Assembly: GCA_051362555.1 (NCBI GenBank) | Contig: CM120642.1 | Location: 24,490,001 to 24,554,000 of the forward strand | Origin: Lingula anatina | Lineage: Eukaryota; Animalia; Brachiopoda | Direction of reading: 5' to 3' | DNA: 64,000 nt | In this document: piece by piece, positions 46,901 to 60,157 of the stretch | Layout: each line of letters starts with the position of its first letter | Position numbering within the stretch: the stretch's first letter is position 1 | Made by a program: the position numbers and the translations under genes | Notes under the pieces: model-generated | The model's database searches: none | Seen by the model: the letters and a program-made list of their open reading frames with translations, nothing else | What the model was told of the DNA's origin: nothing

Positions 46901-49614
46901 TTTTGAATAATTACTCTAAAATGTATACTGCAGATGTAACTACCATATCATTAATATTTTGTAGGAAAAAAATCTAACCCCAGAAGCTCAAGTAAAAGTG
47001 GAAAAAGTTGAGGAAGAAAAGGTTGAAGAAAAAGAAGAAAAGAAAGACGACAAGGAGCCTGAAATAGACCCTGTCATGCAAAAATACATGGAGATGTTGA
47101 AGAAAAAGAAAGAGGAAGAGAAGAAGGTACAAACAGAAAATATGCTAACCAGAAAAGAGTCGTATGTTCAAATTAATTGATTTGATTTTATTGGTAATAT
47201 GAAGAGGAAACTGTAAGGAAGAATGTGGAACTTCAAAATCTAGAAAAGTTATGGTTTAGATGACAAACCTTGACTAACTAAATATAACTAAAGTAGCCAT
47301 AATTTTGTTGTTTTCTTGTAACATTGAAGGTATTTGTTTTTGTTTGCAAGTAATTTACATGTTAATTTGGATGTCTTATGCCACTTTGATTTATTTCATG
47401 TTTTGTTCATGAAATCTTCCAGGAGGCAGAGGTAACATGGCCAAATCAATATTTCCCTTTCATCTGCTTCTCCCTACATATATTATATGAGCATGCTTCT
47501 CCTAGTTCATTATATTGAGCATGCTTTTCCAAATCCATTGCCCCTTATTAACTTTAAGCAGCACATCCAATTATGCACTTTTCAATCACTTTTTTTTTCA
47601 ATGAAACATGGGAAATGGTAAAATGTAGTGTATTTTGCATGTGTAAGAATAGTTAAAGCATGTTTAGACAGAGGACACTGCACATATGCTGTATGCATGT
47701 TCTTGTCACGGGTCAATTTTATACATGGGGTAAGATCTCAGTGGCATGAAATGTTGTGCACAGTGAAGGGAAACCCCCTGAGATAGCCTAAAATGGGACT
47801 GTTGGCACTTTGCAGTGTCATACAAGATAAGATAATGTACATAAATTTATGTGAGGCGAGGTTGATTTTTCATCTATAAAGGGTGAAACTCTATGTGCTA
47901 AATGTGTTGTCTTTAAAAGGTGACGCTCAAAACTTGACGAATTCATACCGTGGTGCAATAGCCGTAACCAGATCTTTAGAAATAGTACGCACAGGGAATT
48001 TGCAATTTTATTTCATGTAAAATATGCTAAAGTGAGAGAGAATAATATCATGGGCTAAAAAAGTTAAGTACATACAGTACATCCGAGTGTATGCCTAGTT
48101 ACCTGTATTTGAAATTATTATTATAACTAATGAGAATACAACCAGAAAAAAATCTGTGGATAATTTGTGTAAGCTTTTTTTCATAGCCTCACTGTACTCA
48201 CTTGTCTGCCAAAATTTCTCACCTCACTGTCGTCTAAATCCCACACCACTTTGAGCTATCTCGAGTGGTTTCCAGCACATTTTGAACTAAATTTTGCTTA
48301 CAAAATGAAATGCATTCATGTTGAAACCCTGATGATCTATTTCTAATTTTCATGTAGTATATAAAACATAATGAAGACCACAGGCTGATAAGGGAAGATG
48401 AAGTTAAAATATTTGTGGAAAGTTTTGTATTTGACGTTTTTAATTGTTTATTGTTAAAAGTTAACAGACGGCATATCAGGTGTACACAAATGTCTGGTTA
48501 ACTTATTTACATGTACACTTTTCAGATTGCAACAAAGGCAGTGAAGGTTTGGTCCAAGGGCCATCAGAGTGAAGTATGTGAAAATTTATCATTTTAAAAA
48601 GGAACATAGCGCATCATGATAGTACAGAATGTCACTTGATGATAAATTCATTTTCACTGAATTTTAGAAGATGTGAATAATGCAAGTGATATATTGTAGG
48701 TGGCAAAGAATTTCTTCTGCTTCTGGTCACTTGCAACTTTTTGAAATTCATTTTAGTAAATGTAATTTGAAGTCACATTGTTAATATTTTGATTGATTTC
48801 TTTTCTTATTATTTTGTTTATGTTTATGTGTACCAACAAAACTGAGATACTGAATTTCACTTTGAACCTAAATTAATGCAAGCAACTTTTTTTCGTTCAG
48901 GAAAAGTCACAGTCAGAGCATGAGCTCTCAGTAGCAGATGAAGAGAAGAGGTAGGTTAATTGTATGGCAGCTCTCCTGGCTGGTAATATAAGTTTTAATT
49001 TATTGCTGGCTGTGGATCGGAGAAATTCAAGACTGGAGATGCACCAAAATAGGCTCAGTTTTCAACCTCAGCTAAGGATACTAAAAACTTGTAAAACACG
49101 ATTTTTTTTTTAACATCTCTTTTCCTTTTTTGTTTATTTTGATTATTTATTTTTGTCCTTTTTATTTTATTTAATGAAATTCGATTTATTCATTTTTTTT
49201 ATTCATTTACAATGATTTGGATAAAAAATTAGAATTTAATTTTACTGAAACCATTTAACCGCTTGGATAAAACCCAAAAAATCTTTACTCAGACCAAATA
49301 TAGATACCTCAAATGATATTTAAAGGTCCTGCAGGTTACTGTCATACTCTTTAAAATTAATATCATCAGTTTCTTTTATGTGGAACATTTTTGTCAGTTA
49401 GTTTGGTTAAATGAAAAGTAGGAAAAAGAAAAAAATATTTACATCTTTTGTTGTCTACTTTATATTGTGATTATATCTCTAGAGTGTAAGTTATTTTACA
49501 ACAAAATTTCCAAATACTTATGTATACAGTATATTTCCTATAATCACATGTTTATTGTATGTTGTACCATATTTCAGTATTGGTGGATTTTCTGACGATG
49601 ATTTCGAATGGTAG
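32226..49614 (+). CDS. OFD1: Oral-facial-digital syndrome 1 centriolar/ciliary protein homolog (multi-exon; first exons 32226-32318, 32895-33098, 33438-33506; last exon 49578-49614)
   Basis: N-terminus VLSADELKHKLY...GVLDSLK|SQLRNKLVHEL...[27 protein letters not shown]...VFTTQDLLQLL matches the OFD1 LisH region; long coiled coils; IDPVMQKYMEML; acidic C-terminus ending DDDFEW*. Not every internal exon was verified. Confidence 0.88.
34970..35882 (-). mobile_element. 5'-truncated L2/CR1-group LINE fragment (RT C-terminal region, 3'UTR and (ATT)n tail) in an OFD1 intron
   Basis: Open 230-aa frame with VKNLGVIFD, LVHAFITSHLDYGNSLLYGLP, LQSVQNAAARL, LHWLPVRQRIVFK, GHRAFS..AP.LWNQLP, FKKDLKTFLF; ends in aataaatattattattatt on the minus strand. 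Confidence 0.88.
41435..43186 (-). CDS. Carbohydrate sulfotransferase (CHST8-14/HNK-1ST family) nested antisense in OFD1 intron 40962-44199 (exons 43186-43075, 42595 or 42574-42537, 42277-41435)
   Basis: Type II anchor MGTVRLKHMYLVITLGVPFTVFLYL; PAPS-binding motifs CAMPKVGCTN and VRHPLERLVSAY; NRHW, LCDPC, KFETL..D, YSLDARLFNY. The small-exon boundaries are less certain. Confidence 0.85.
44459..44599 (+). mobile_element. CAGGGGCG-type MITE (shorter relative of 60158-60325)
   Basis: caggggcgaatccagag...gtcttccaaatta...ttgttgatcc...tcttccggaagac...cccctg. Confidence 0.7.
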
Positions 49615-50677
49615 TTGGACAGTCATGTGACAGTATACGGTCTTCATACGCACAGCTGTGATAGATATGGGAGAAAGATTTACACATGCCATAGTGAGGC
49701 TCCATGACAGGAAAGGGCCGTGACAGTCCAAACGTGTGTGGCACCTGTAAGGAAAATACCCTATGTTCCATTAATTGGGATTTATTTAAAGGAATTAGGG
49801 TCAACCAACAATAACTGACATAAGATCAGCCGGTTCTAGTTTCTTCGATTGGTAAACCTTATATATTAGATATTGGGGGCTGCAATGGAGTTCAACCTAG
49901 CTTTGTTTAGATGGTAGATTTTAGCTGCCTTTCATCTTTTGGTACCATTTGATGAATGATATCCTCGTAACATCCAGTCACACTTGATAAATTGTTTTTC
50001 ATATAGATGAAGATCTCAAATGTTGTATAGTGGTACCTATAAAGAACACTCCGATATGCATTTATTTCAGTCATTGTTTTTTATTATTTATAGTTAATAC
50101 ATTTGTGAATGTAACCATGGAAATGCTGCTTCGCTTCACGTGTGACAACCAAGTGTTGTTAGTTTTCTCATCTGTATGTGCATGGATTTTTTTTTAAAAG
50201 AAGAAACAAATTAATGTTTTAATGGCAGCTAATTGAAAACAAAGATTGGTGTAGCATTACAGTGAAAAAATTTAATAAATTGAATAGGATGTTAAAACAA
50301 TTTTTGTGACATTTATTTTTACCATGGTTTCATTTATAATTTGAAAAAAAATAATATGAGGACCTGAACATAGCAAAAATGGTAATATCTAATAGTCACA
50401 TACATTTTTTTTTAATTTTTTTTTTTTGCAAATTTATGTAATAGAATAAAGTAAAGTGGGCTGTCTTCTTTCAACCCGTAGTCATGTATATCCCAGGTGA
50501 ATATTCAACGGCGACACTACTCAACTTTTTCAGAAGATAATACTGCACATTAGCCTAAATCAAGTCAAAACAAATTTACATCTGAAATTCGGTATTTGCA
50601 CCAAATTTATCGTGAGGCAGTGAACTGTATTTTTGCTGATTGCAATTGAACAGACGACTGTTCGAAAGTGATGAGCG

Positions 50678-53600
50678 TCACTGACAAATCAGTCCGACAT
50701 CTTGAGCGTGAGTACAGGAATGGACTCCCCAACCTAAGTGTCTGCACTGCGTTAGGCTGGATTCAGTTCCATCACAAACCACGTCATCCAACCAAATAAT
50801 TCCTGTACCCTCACCAAAATGGGCTCCCCTTTTCACGATTGGCTCCTCGTAAGGAAGCCGAAGTTCCCGACAGGCGACTTTCGATTCTTCGACGCCAAAT
50901 TTGTGGTCGCAAATGCTCCCCCACCGATGTCGATGACGTATCTCCAGGCGCCCTCTGTAGTGAGATCCACCACTGGCTAACCTTATATCTAGAACACAAG
51001 CAAAGAATATAATGAAGCTGGTAACAACTGTTCGTGTGAGATTCATATTTCGCAATAAACACATTGTAAACAACTCACAAACAGCAAATATAATAAAATC
51101 CATTTTATCACCATAAGAGTTGTTATCGCAATTATTCTGAAATCTGTGCTTTCCATCAGACCTCGTGGCCCTTAATACATGGCTCTATCTCCGTTATAAT
51201 CTCCAAAGAGATTAAAACAAACAAAAAAAAAAAAAACACTTTCCATGTCAACATTGATTCATTAACCAATGGTTAGTATGGGAAAATCGTCGTTTAGCCC
51301 AGGATTTTTTATTTATTTATTTATTTATTTTTTGCCAAAACGAACAGTTGTTATCTCTTTAAAGTCGTACAAAAACGATAAAGAATGGAAATGTAATAGA
51401 TGAACAGAACACACGTTTATGTTTAATCAAGGCATTTTACAATCAGCTGAAGAATAAACTCACTCTTCACACTGGCATGCTGCTCGTGGTTTAAGTCTTT
51501 CAATTCGAATATATTCCCGCCGTTTTCGTTTGCGGTGATATTTGATCCGACATGCAGCAGGGCGCTACAGTCACCTTTGGGTCCTTTCTGTCCCCTTGAC
51601 CCAGGCAAGCCCGTGTCTCCTTTAGGCCCCTGCGCCCCTTGAGAACCCTTTTCGCCCTTTACAAGACGAGTTTTAGAGTCACCTTTGGATCCCTTCTGTC
51701 CCGCTGGCCCTGGCAAACCCATCTCTCCTCTGGGGCCCTGCACTCCTTGGGAACCTTTCTCACCCTTAACAAGACGAATATCAGAGTCACCTTTAGATCC
51801 TTTCAGTCCCATGAGCCCAGGTAAACCCATCTCTCCTTTTGGTCCCTGCGCTCCAGGGGAACCTTTCTCGCCCTTAGCTCCTGGCGGTCCAGGGGGACCT
51901 CTTATTCCTTGCTGTGCTGACCGCCCAGGTAAACCTTGTTCTCCCTTTATCCCAGCCACGCCTCTCTGTCCAGCGCCCCCCTTATCGCCTTTCAAACCAT
52001 CTAAACCAGGGAGCCCAGCCACGCCCTTTGGACCTGGTTCGCCGGGTTCACCCTTCAGGCCATTGAGTCCTGACAGTCCGGGTGCACCTGGTTCCCCTTT
52101 CGGACCTGAAGGACCTGAAACGTATATATTTTATGTAGATCTGCCATTCTTTATAGAACATAGTGCATTCAGTCGGTAACAATAATACATTTATAGAGAT
52201 TTGTTCATTTGATATAGCGCCATGTCAATTTTGTATTTCAAGAGATGATCATTTTAAATCCCAAATATCAATGGATACAAAACGCAATCGCCGCGGTCCG
52301 TGTCGATTAAGCATTTTAATTGAGACCAAGTAAAATACGACATTGGCATGGGGTGTGAAGATCTCGCATTTTTGGAGCCTGGTAAAGACGCACGCGCCTC
52401 TTCCTCTGGGCCATGGTGCAGTTTATTTTTCAATCTGCCGTCGACCTGTGTCGACATGTGCCCCAAAGTATCAACTATAATGTAACATGAACTTCGACAG
52501 CTAAAACACGTAAAACGACCTGAATGTAAAATATTCATCATTGTATTTTACGCAGTGTTTCAAACTCATGTTTATGTTACAGTATGCTTTTTAATTGGGT
52601 TGAAGTTGTCTTGTGAATTTTTATTATTCCATTCACAAGGTTTAGCAATGTTTTCATTAGTGTAACCTAAAAAATGAATTCTTAACTAGTTTTACCTTTT
52701 ACGTCATTTTTTATTTGTTAAAGGCACTCTCCACGGGGTTTACCCGCCAAAATAAATTTTCCTCGAGAATAGGGCGATTTTCCATTCTCGCAAATTATTG
52801 CTCGACCCGTCCCTGCATTTGGATTCGATTTCTTATTTAATTTTTTAATTATATAATTTAGTTCTTAAAGACTGGAAAGCCGTTTAGAACGACATCTCCT
52901 TGCCCGAATTTTATGGGCACAGTCTCGTTTTCGTGTATAATATTATTATTATTATAGATGTTGCAAGTTGTCAGGGCTACCTGAAAAGGCTGCGAAGATT
53001 ATAAAGACTAAATGCGCTTCAGTTAATTTTTATGTAAAGGGTCTTTTTCGTTTTTAAGATCTGAATATGAAAATAAAAGAGGCTTTGCAGAATTTGGGGG
53101 GATTTTCAAACCCGAAGAGACTACCTTTAAAAGTTGATCATAGGCCAATCAAGGGAGTAATTCCTTGAGCAAATCCATCGATTTTGAGAGAGATGGTTCT
53201 AAACAGTTAAAAGTGGTATTGCGCACCTGGAATTTGAAGAGTTTCATTTTGACTATTCACGGAAAGTCTCAGTCCTTCAATCGTGGCATTTTGCGAGGAT
53301 ACACTCCTTTCCAAATCTCTGACCCTGTCTTTTAAATAGTCTATTTCTGTTATTGTGGGCTCCATAGAGGCGATCCTATCCTGAAGTCGCATTACAATTG
53401 CACGTAGTAACTAAAAAAAAGACAAAGATGAAATAAATGAAGATGATAGAGCATATGAAAAAAAGCATAACAAATATAAGTACGTTAACTGAAGATAGAA
53501 GATAGAAACCTGGTATAATAATGGTGTACATTGATATGCAATGTTTCAGGTCCTATCCTCGAGACAATACATGTATGTCTAATCCTACGGCTTAAACGCT

Positions 53601-53910
53601 GCAGCAATAACGTTAAACGACAACTGGATATTGCGATATAGCAAAAATACATTGTCTTGTTTTATTTACTTTTATGAAACCTCATGTTGATACATTGTAC
53701 AATACATTCACACATGTCAGAGACAATGGCAGATCACCACCAAAAACTAATCATCTGTTCCTTGGCCCACTTCTGACAGTTCCTGAAAATTTCATCAAAA
53801 TCGGTCCAGAACTTTTTGATTTATGTTGATGACAGACAGACAGACAAACAAGCAAACAGGGATGAAAACATTACCTCCTTGGCGGAGGTAATGATCACAT
53901 GCTCATGAAC

Positions 53911-53953
<43 letters not shown>

Positions 53954-55408
53954 GCATTAATCAAGTAACATTATTGGAGGAGAAATAGTGACAAAATTTT
54001 GTTTTTAATGATATTTCTGAATGCCGAAGAGAACGAGAAAATTACCACTCGTGGGTCGTTTGTCAAATGCATTTCTAATCAATAAAAAGCCCACCCCCTG
54101 GAGAGTAGTAATTCAGTTCACATGTGCTGCAAGCCAAAGATCAAGTGTATTTTTTTAATTTTGTGTCAACAAAAGCAGCTGAAACATCTTTGTCGCAAAT
54201 AATAGCGTACGCAGGGCACATAACTTTTTTATAAAGGAGGGGGGGGGGTAGGGAGGACAGAGGGGACCTGCAAGGTCATCCGTGTCTTCTGTTTCGTTCA
54301 TTTCGTTCTTGGGAGCAAACATGTACACGGAATGAAGTTGAACCGAGGTGAATTTCGTTGCACAATTGTGTCACCCTCCCTCCTCTCTCCTACATGCTGT
54401 CGTACGCCTTTGACCCTCGTGATATTGATATGAAGTGATCAATGAAATATTAACTCGCATTGCAAAGTATGAGATTGTCATTGTATAGGCTTCAGGCCCA
54501 TAGCCAGCAATTTCAAAAGGGGGGTTCTTTTTCTGAAAAAGTGGACCTTTTCCCATAAAAACTTCATGAACCTAGATCAAATTTTACCCAGAGTGGACCT
54601 TTTCCCACCAAAAGTGGCGGTTCTTTCGAACCCCCCGAACCCCCCCCCCCCCCCCCCCCCCCGGCTACGGGCCTGGGCTTCATACCACGTTTTCTTATAT
54701 GTGCAATCGCAGTAAAAACTGCCTCTTGAAGAAAGTTGTCATTCTTTTACATACTGTGTTTGTGATAAAGTCCAAACTACAGTATTTCGCTTTAATGACC
54801 CATATGGATTACACGTAAAAATGTAAGAACTAACTGTACTATTGTTTTCAAACGTTTTGGTAGTCATAAGTTTCCAACAGAAGGTCTGATTGAGGTTGTA
54901 TATGTAAACAGCGTTATAAAGACGACTTTCGAAACGGATAGAATTTCATGTTTGATGTTTAAAGTTTTGCTACTTATACCATGGTTTTTTGTCTATGCTT
55001 GTACGGTTCTAGAACAGAAATGCTGGATTATTATTTTCAAATGTTTGAATCAGATGTCCTTGACTGGAACTAACGGGACGCGTACTACGTGACGGCATTT
55101 ATTTTAAGACTCGATCATTCACCCCACAATCAACAGCACCGCACGTTTTACAACCTAGTGTTTTTATACACGGTTCAAGGAACGCTTTCCCTACAAGAAG
55201 CATCGATTGTTTAAAGGGATAATAACTCTTTGTATGAGGTCTATATTTCACAATAAAAACATTGTGAATAACTCATAGAAATATAATATATTCTGTTTTA
55301 CCACAAAAACGGCAGTTATAGCTATTGTTCTGATATCTGAGCTTGTCTTCAGACCACCTGACCTCCATTGATGGCTATACTCTGTTATAATCTCTTAAGA
55401 GATTTTAA

Positions 55409-55454
<46 letters not shown>

Positions 55455-55656
55455 AGGAACTAACTTTGAATGTAAAAATGGATTCATTAACCATCGGTTA
55501 GTATGGGAAAATTGTTGTTTACTCCAGAAAAATTCATTTTTTGGCCAAAACGAAGAGTTATTATTCCTTTAAGTACGTGTGTCCGTTTACGTCCTTAGCT
55601 TATTTGTATCAATGTTAGGATTAATCAAGCCAAGCTGGCGGTCTTGTGAGCTCCAC

Positions 55657-55699
<43 letters not shown>

Positions 55700-56697
55700 C
55701 ATGATGATGATGATAAAGAAAAATGGAACAAAATATTTGCAACCAAAAGCGATTAAAAAGCACCGTGTGAAATAGGCTACAGCAGCAAATCCCTTGCCAC
55801 CTGTAAATTCAGTTATGACTATATCCTTCCTTAATATCTTAATAAACGACTTTCTTTACAAAAATGAGAGTGGTTAACCATTCAAATTGGCTAAAATTTA
55901 ATGTCTTGTCTGAACAATTTATCAGTGGCGTGTCAGGGTGTCAGGGGGTCCTGACCTCCCCCCCTTCGATTTCTGAAAAAAATCTCGCCAATAGTCCCCT
56001 CTTGAAATTAGAATTTTACCGCTCGCCCTCTAAAATACAAAAAAATTTCGGGCCCTACCAGCGGGCCCCGAACCCCGCTCCAAAGGGGGGAGGGGGTAGG
56101 GACGGCTTCGCATCGGCGTCCCCCCCCCCCCTTTCAAATAATCCTGAACCCGCCCCAGGTTTATTGATTACCGTCTAATTTGTAATCAAGTGCACGACAG
56201 TTTAGCCCGTACACAAAGAGAATATTGTACCTGCTCATTGAGTAAAGACCCATGATCTGATGTTCTCAGATGCATGTTTTACATATTCTTTACATTTTAA
56301 CTTTTGGATACGCTACTTGATTATATCCGACGTGGGACGGGAATTTGACTTGAGAATCATTTGCCTTAACCCCCTCCCCCCCCCCAAAAAAAAAAAAAAT
56401 TTAATTAATAAAATAAATAAAAAGCATATCTAACTTTACGAAGTTTCTGCTTGATAATAACATTATTTTTATATATAATTTTCTTGACTTTTTTGGAAAA
56501 TGTTCTATAATCTGCTTACTTACTTGCACCTCGTACATTGTAAATCCTTCCTCTTTCCCTTTTAATACTTCTGTTGAGTCGTCACATTTCTTTATATCAA
56601 CTGCAACGGACCTGCGACTCTCGCAATCTGTAGTAGGCTGACCGATAACCAAACGGATCAACAATACACAATTGACAAGAAAGCAGTCGTGTCGCAT
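50678..56697 (-). CDS. Collagen + C-terminal SRCR protein (MARCO/class A scavenger receptor-like, ~439 aa; exons 56697-56524, 53410-53227, 52114-51464, 50988-50678)
   Basis: Short hydrophobic N-terminus MRHDCFLVNCVLLIRLVIG; coiled coil (LQDRIASME...LERSVSSQNATIEGL); Gly-X-Y run; six-Cys group A SRCR (IRLASG..YRGRLEI...WGSICD...VACREL...FGEGTGIIWLDDVVCDGTESSLTQC.HLGWG.HSCTHAQDVGLIC). Junctions are in phase (1320 nt); linkage of exon 1 is inferred. Confidence 0.8.
51105..51362 (+). mobile_element. Partial copy of the TTAA-flanked MITE at 55215-55568
   Basis: Shared blocks atggct..gttataatctc..aagagatt, gattcattaacca..ggttagtatgggaaaat, gccaaaacgaa.agtt.ttat. Confidence 0.55.
53725..53892 (+). 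mobile_element. DINE-1/Helentron-like non-autonomous element, 3' end
   Basis: aaatttcatcaaaatcgg, (GACA)n/(CAAA)n microsatellite and terminal hairpin attacctcc-ttggc-ggaggtaat, typical of HINE/DINE elements. Confidence 0.6.
54493..54675 (+). mobile_element. MITE with CAGGCCC..TAGCC TIRs and 5-bp TSD
   Basis: caggcccatagcca ... cggctacgggcctg, flanked by GGCTT on both sides (54488-54492, 54676-54680). Confidence 0.8.
55215..55568 (+). mobile_element. TTAA-target MITE (Kolobok-like AGG termini)
   Basis: TIR agggataataactctt / aagagttattattcct, TTAA at 55211-55214 and 55569-55572. Confidence 0.75.
55923..56159 (-). mobile_element. CAG-terminal MITE (family of 5596 and 16009)
   Basis: cagtggcgtgtcagg ... 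cctgaacccgcccc ends, apparent TTTAT TSD, interior homologous to 5596-5753. Confidence 0.6.
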
Positions 56698-57476
56698 TTT
56701 GATACCCAAAATCACTGCGTTTGTCGACTCTCTTTTTATGCTGAAAGCTAATATTTTCTTTTCTATTCTCCTAATAACATGCGGCTGGAAGCATCCTTGG
56801 TCCATGCAAACAAGTTGCTTTTAAAAGAACAAGCATTTGCCCGGGACAGATACATGTAAGTATTCAAAACCGAATAAAACTAGATTTTCTATAAAATATC
56901 AATTTCACTTCTTCCACAAGTGGCTTTTGTTTGTGACTGCACAAGTCGGTCCTCGACTATTTGTATGCCGAATGGCCGCCAGTTTCCAAATATCACGTGG
57001 TGGTTGTGAGGTTCAAACGGGGACTCTCAACGAGAGAACCCAAATTTTCTACAAGTTGGATTAAATTTCTGTCTCGGTGACTACACGAAAACCAATGAAT
57101 TAGTGTGGTTTCATCGTTTTCTCAGTTACCAGGGTAGCTGTCAAAACAACCCGTAAAAATTTGTGTAGCCGAGGAAAAAGATCCAAAATCGATATTTCAG
57201 ATGCCTCTTCGGATACACCGTTCTGGTATCTTGACGTTTTGTAGATGTGTCTCTCCAAAACTACACGGGATATAACTACCTATCCTTAACACATTCAACC
57301 ATTTGTCCCCTCCCTTTAATTCAAATTACTCTTCTGTGAACTAATAAGAAGTCATAGATTTTTGTAAATTATTAAAATTATTAAAATGTTATTCTATGTC
57401 GACCCGTAAAATACCTACATGTGTATCTCCATGATAAAAAATATATTCAGCCATGTAGATTTTTTGTTTGTTTGTT

Positions 57477-57628
57477 ACTACTGGTCACGGTGCTCGTGAA
57501 CTTTTTGTTGCTTCAGAACTCTCACATCTGCTTGTTCTATCGAGATTAAATTGGAGAGTGAAAGCAGGCAGATGTGAGAGGCGAGGAGCGATAAAGTGTT
57601 TTAACACACGAGCACCCTGACCAGTAGT
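57477..57628. repeat. Palindromic foldback element
   Basis: actactggtcacggtgctcgtg / cacgagcaccctgaccagtagt outer arms and ctctcacatctgc / gcagatgtgagag inner arms. Confidence 0.75.
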
Positions 57629-59042
57629 TATAAATAATCTTTATGTCTCCTTGATCTAAAGGTTCAATACGATGCCGAGAAAGGAGCAATAAAGTGACAA
57701 ACACAAGTATGATGTTCGAAACTTGGCCGATGTGGCTGAAAATTTGTTTTATTACATTCCTGGTCAGTATGCACTTAAAAGAGATGAAAAGGGGGAGGCT
57801 AGCTGGTTGGAAATATTTGTAATAGAGACGTTAAAAGATGCAACTATGCAGATATGTATCCAATAAAATAACAATTAAACCAATTACTTAAATAAAATAG
57901 GGAATGTGAAATCCAAAGACGTAGAGGAAGATAAATTAGATAGGCAAGTGTAAGTATGACACGCAATGAACTTCTGGAAATAAGTTGGCAAACGATTACA
58001 GTGTAAAGTAAAGAAGGGCTTCTTTAGGTAAGTTTACGCCCCACAGAGGAAAGAAAGGAAAGGGAATGGGAGGGAAACGAAAGAAAATACTCGTGCCCGC
58101 GACGATCAATGAATTATGTTTACAACTAACTCAGATATTTCTGAGCTCCCACAAAAACGTAATTGGATAATGTGCAATAAAAAAAACTAAAACGACGACA
58201 CGTACGTCGACTTGTTGAATTGGAAAATAAGAGGGTCATTTCTTTTTCTGGGTTACTCAATGACGAAAATAATCAAGAAAACGATTGCTTACAAAACACA
58301 CACACACACATCCCAAACCTTGAAGCAAACTGATGGACGTATCTTGGTATAAAAATGTAATTTTAAAAACGCTCATCTTTAATGCTTAATTTTTTATGAA
58401 TATTGGAAAGTTTGCATTCTGCAGTTTTTGACTTTTCAGTTTATTTCAATGTGTACGCGTAGTTTAACATGTAACAATTGTTGCCATATGTGGTGCAAGC
58501 AACGCGTTCAAGGACACCCCTGGCAAATATTTATAAACTGCTACTCTAGCTAAGAGTCCCTGTCAACAACTGTAATCCGAGTATAACTGAATAGATAATT
58601 TTTAAATCATTCATTTACAGGTAGACATCCAAGTCAACTTATGTCCAACTGGAGGATATCAGTTCTTGAAATGTTGCCGCATCCACCCCCACCCCCTCAC
58701 CCGGTTCGCTATAAATTTGTGTACACGGTAAATGAGGTGACGGAATAGTTTTAACTGTCCGGTCTCGGAGTGCCCTTTCAAAAAGATACTGTTTTTCAGA
58801 ATTTAAGAAATAAAATTGGTGTTTCATTTAATCAAGGCGTAAACAGGCACAGAATGAATGAGAGAATGCCATGCTCAATCGACCAAGATAAAAAATGGTC
58901 ATTCGTCTCTGGCGGACATGACCTTAAAAACCGTTCAAGCATTACTTCTGAAGGCAACTTCATATAAAAAGTGCCCTTTTGACGTTTAACCCGCCAAATA
59001 TGTACCCTTAAACGCACTTGATATTTAAAATCACACATTACG

Positions 59043-59972
59043 TTCTCAGACTGTGCCACAGGCTATATGAAAATTTATTTATATTTACTTCAATATTATT
59101 CGTAAAGACCAGCTCATGATTTTTCATATCTCAGTTATATATTTCTCTTCATTTATTAATTTTTAAATATTGTGCTGGTGATGGAAACAGCTTAACAATT
59201 CAATACAGTTTATCATATGAATACTTTTTATTTATCATTGCTGAATTTCAATCTGGTTTAGGTGAATTAAAAATTAAAATATGTAGAGACAAGACTAAAA
59301 CTGCAATAATTTGTATGCAATTTTTATCATAGGCTTTTAAAATCAATGTTGTAGACGTATTCATTTGAAGAAAGGGTGCATGTTAAGTTAATAGGCTGAC
59401 GCTTTCACTTAATAGGTAAAGTAAGATCAAATAAGTAAAAGTCCATCGAGTTTTGAGTGCAAGTTTGAGGTAGATAGAAACGTGAGGATCTATTTCCTTA
59501 GTAGAAATTCTCAGACTGTGCCACAGGCTATATGAAAATTTATTTATATTTACTTCAATATTATTCGTAAAGACCAGCTCATGATTTTTCATATCTCAGT
59601 TATATATTTCTCTTCATTTATTAATTTTTAAATATTGTGCTGGTGATGGAAACAGCTTAACAATTCAATACAGTTTATCATATGAATACTTTTTATTTAT
59701 CATTGCTGAATTTCAATCTGGTTTAGGTGAATTAAAAATTAAAATATGTAGAGACAAGACTAAAACTGCAATAATTTGTATGCAATTTTTATCATAGGCT
59801 TTTAAAATCAATGTTGTAGACGTATTCATTTGAAGAAAGGGTGCATGTTAAGTTAATAGGCTGACGCTTTCACTTAATAGGTAAAGTAAGATCAAATAAG
59901 TAAAAGTCCATCGAGTTTTGAGTGCAAGTTTGAGGTAGATAGAAACGTGAGGATCTATTTCCTTAGTAGAAA
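59043..59972 (+). repeat. Apparently perfect 465-bp tandem duplication (59043-59507 / 59508-59972)
   Basis: Both units run ttctcagactgtgccacagg ... ggatctatttccttagtagaaa; I saw no differences. Confidence 0.92.
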
Positions 59973-60157
59973 TTAATGTAGAATTCGAAATTAATATTGT
60001 CATTTTACGAGAAATGCCGTCACATCAAAAGTACTTCGAGCTGATGACATAACAGGTACGTTTTTGAGGTGAAAATTGTGTTTTCGAATACAAGCAGATC
60101 TACCACAACTGAACTACTATCAACACTGTTTTAATACATATCTAATCACAACTATAA

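Noticed and set aside
51685-52179. Pro/Gly-rich plus-strand ORF
   Set aside because: Antisense shadow of the collagen exon.
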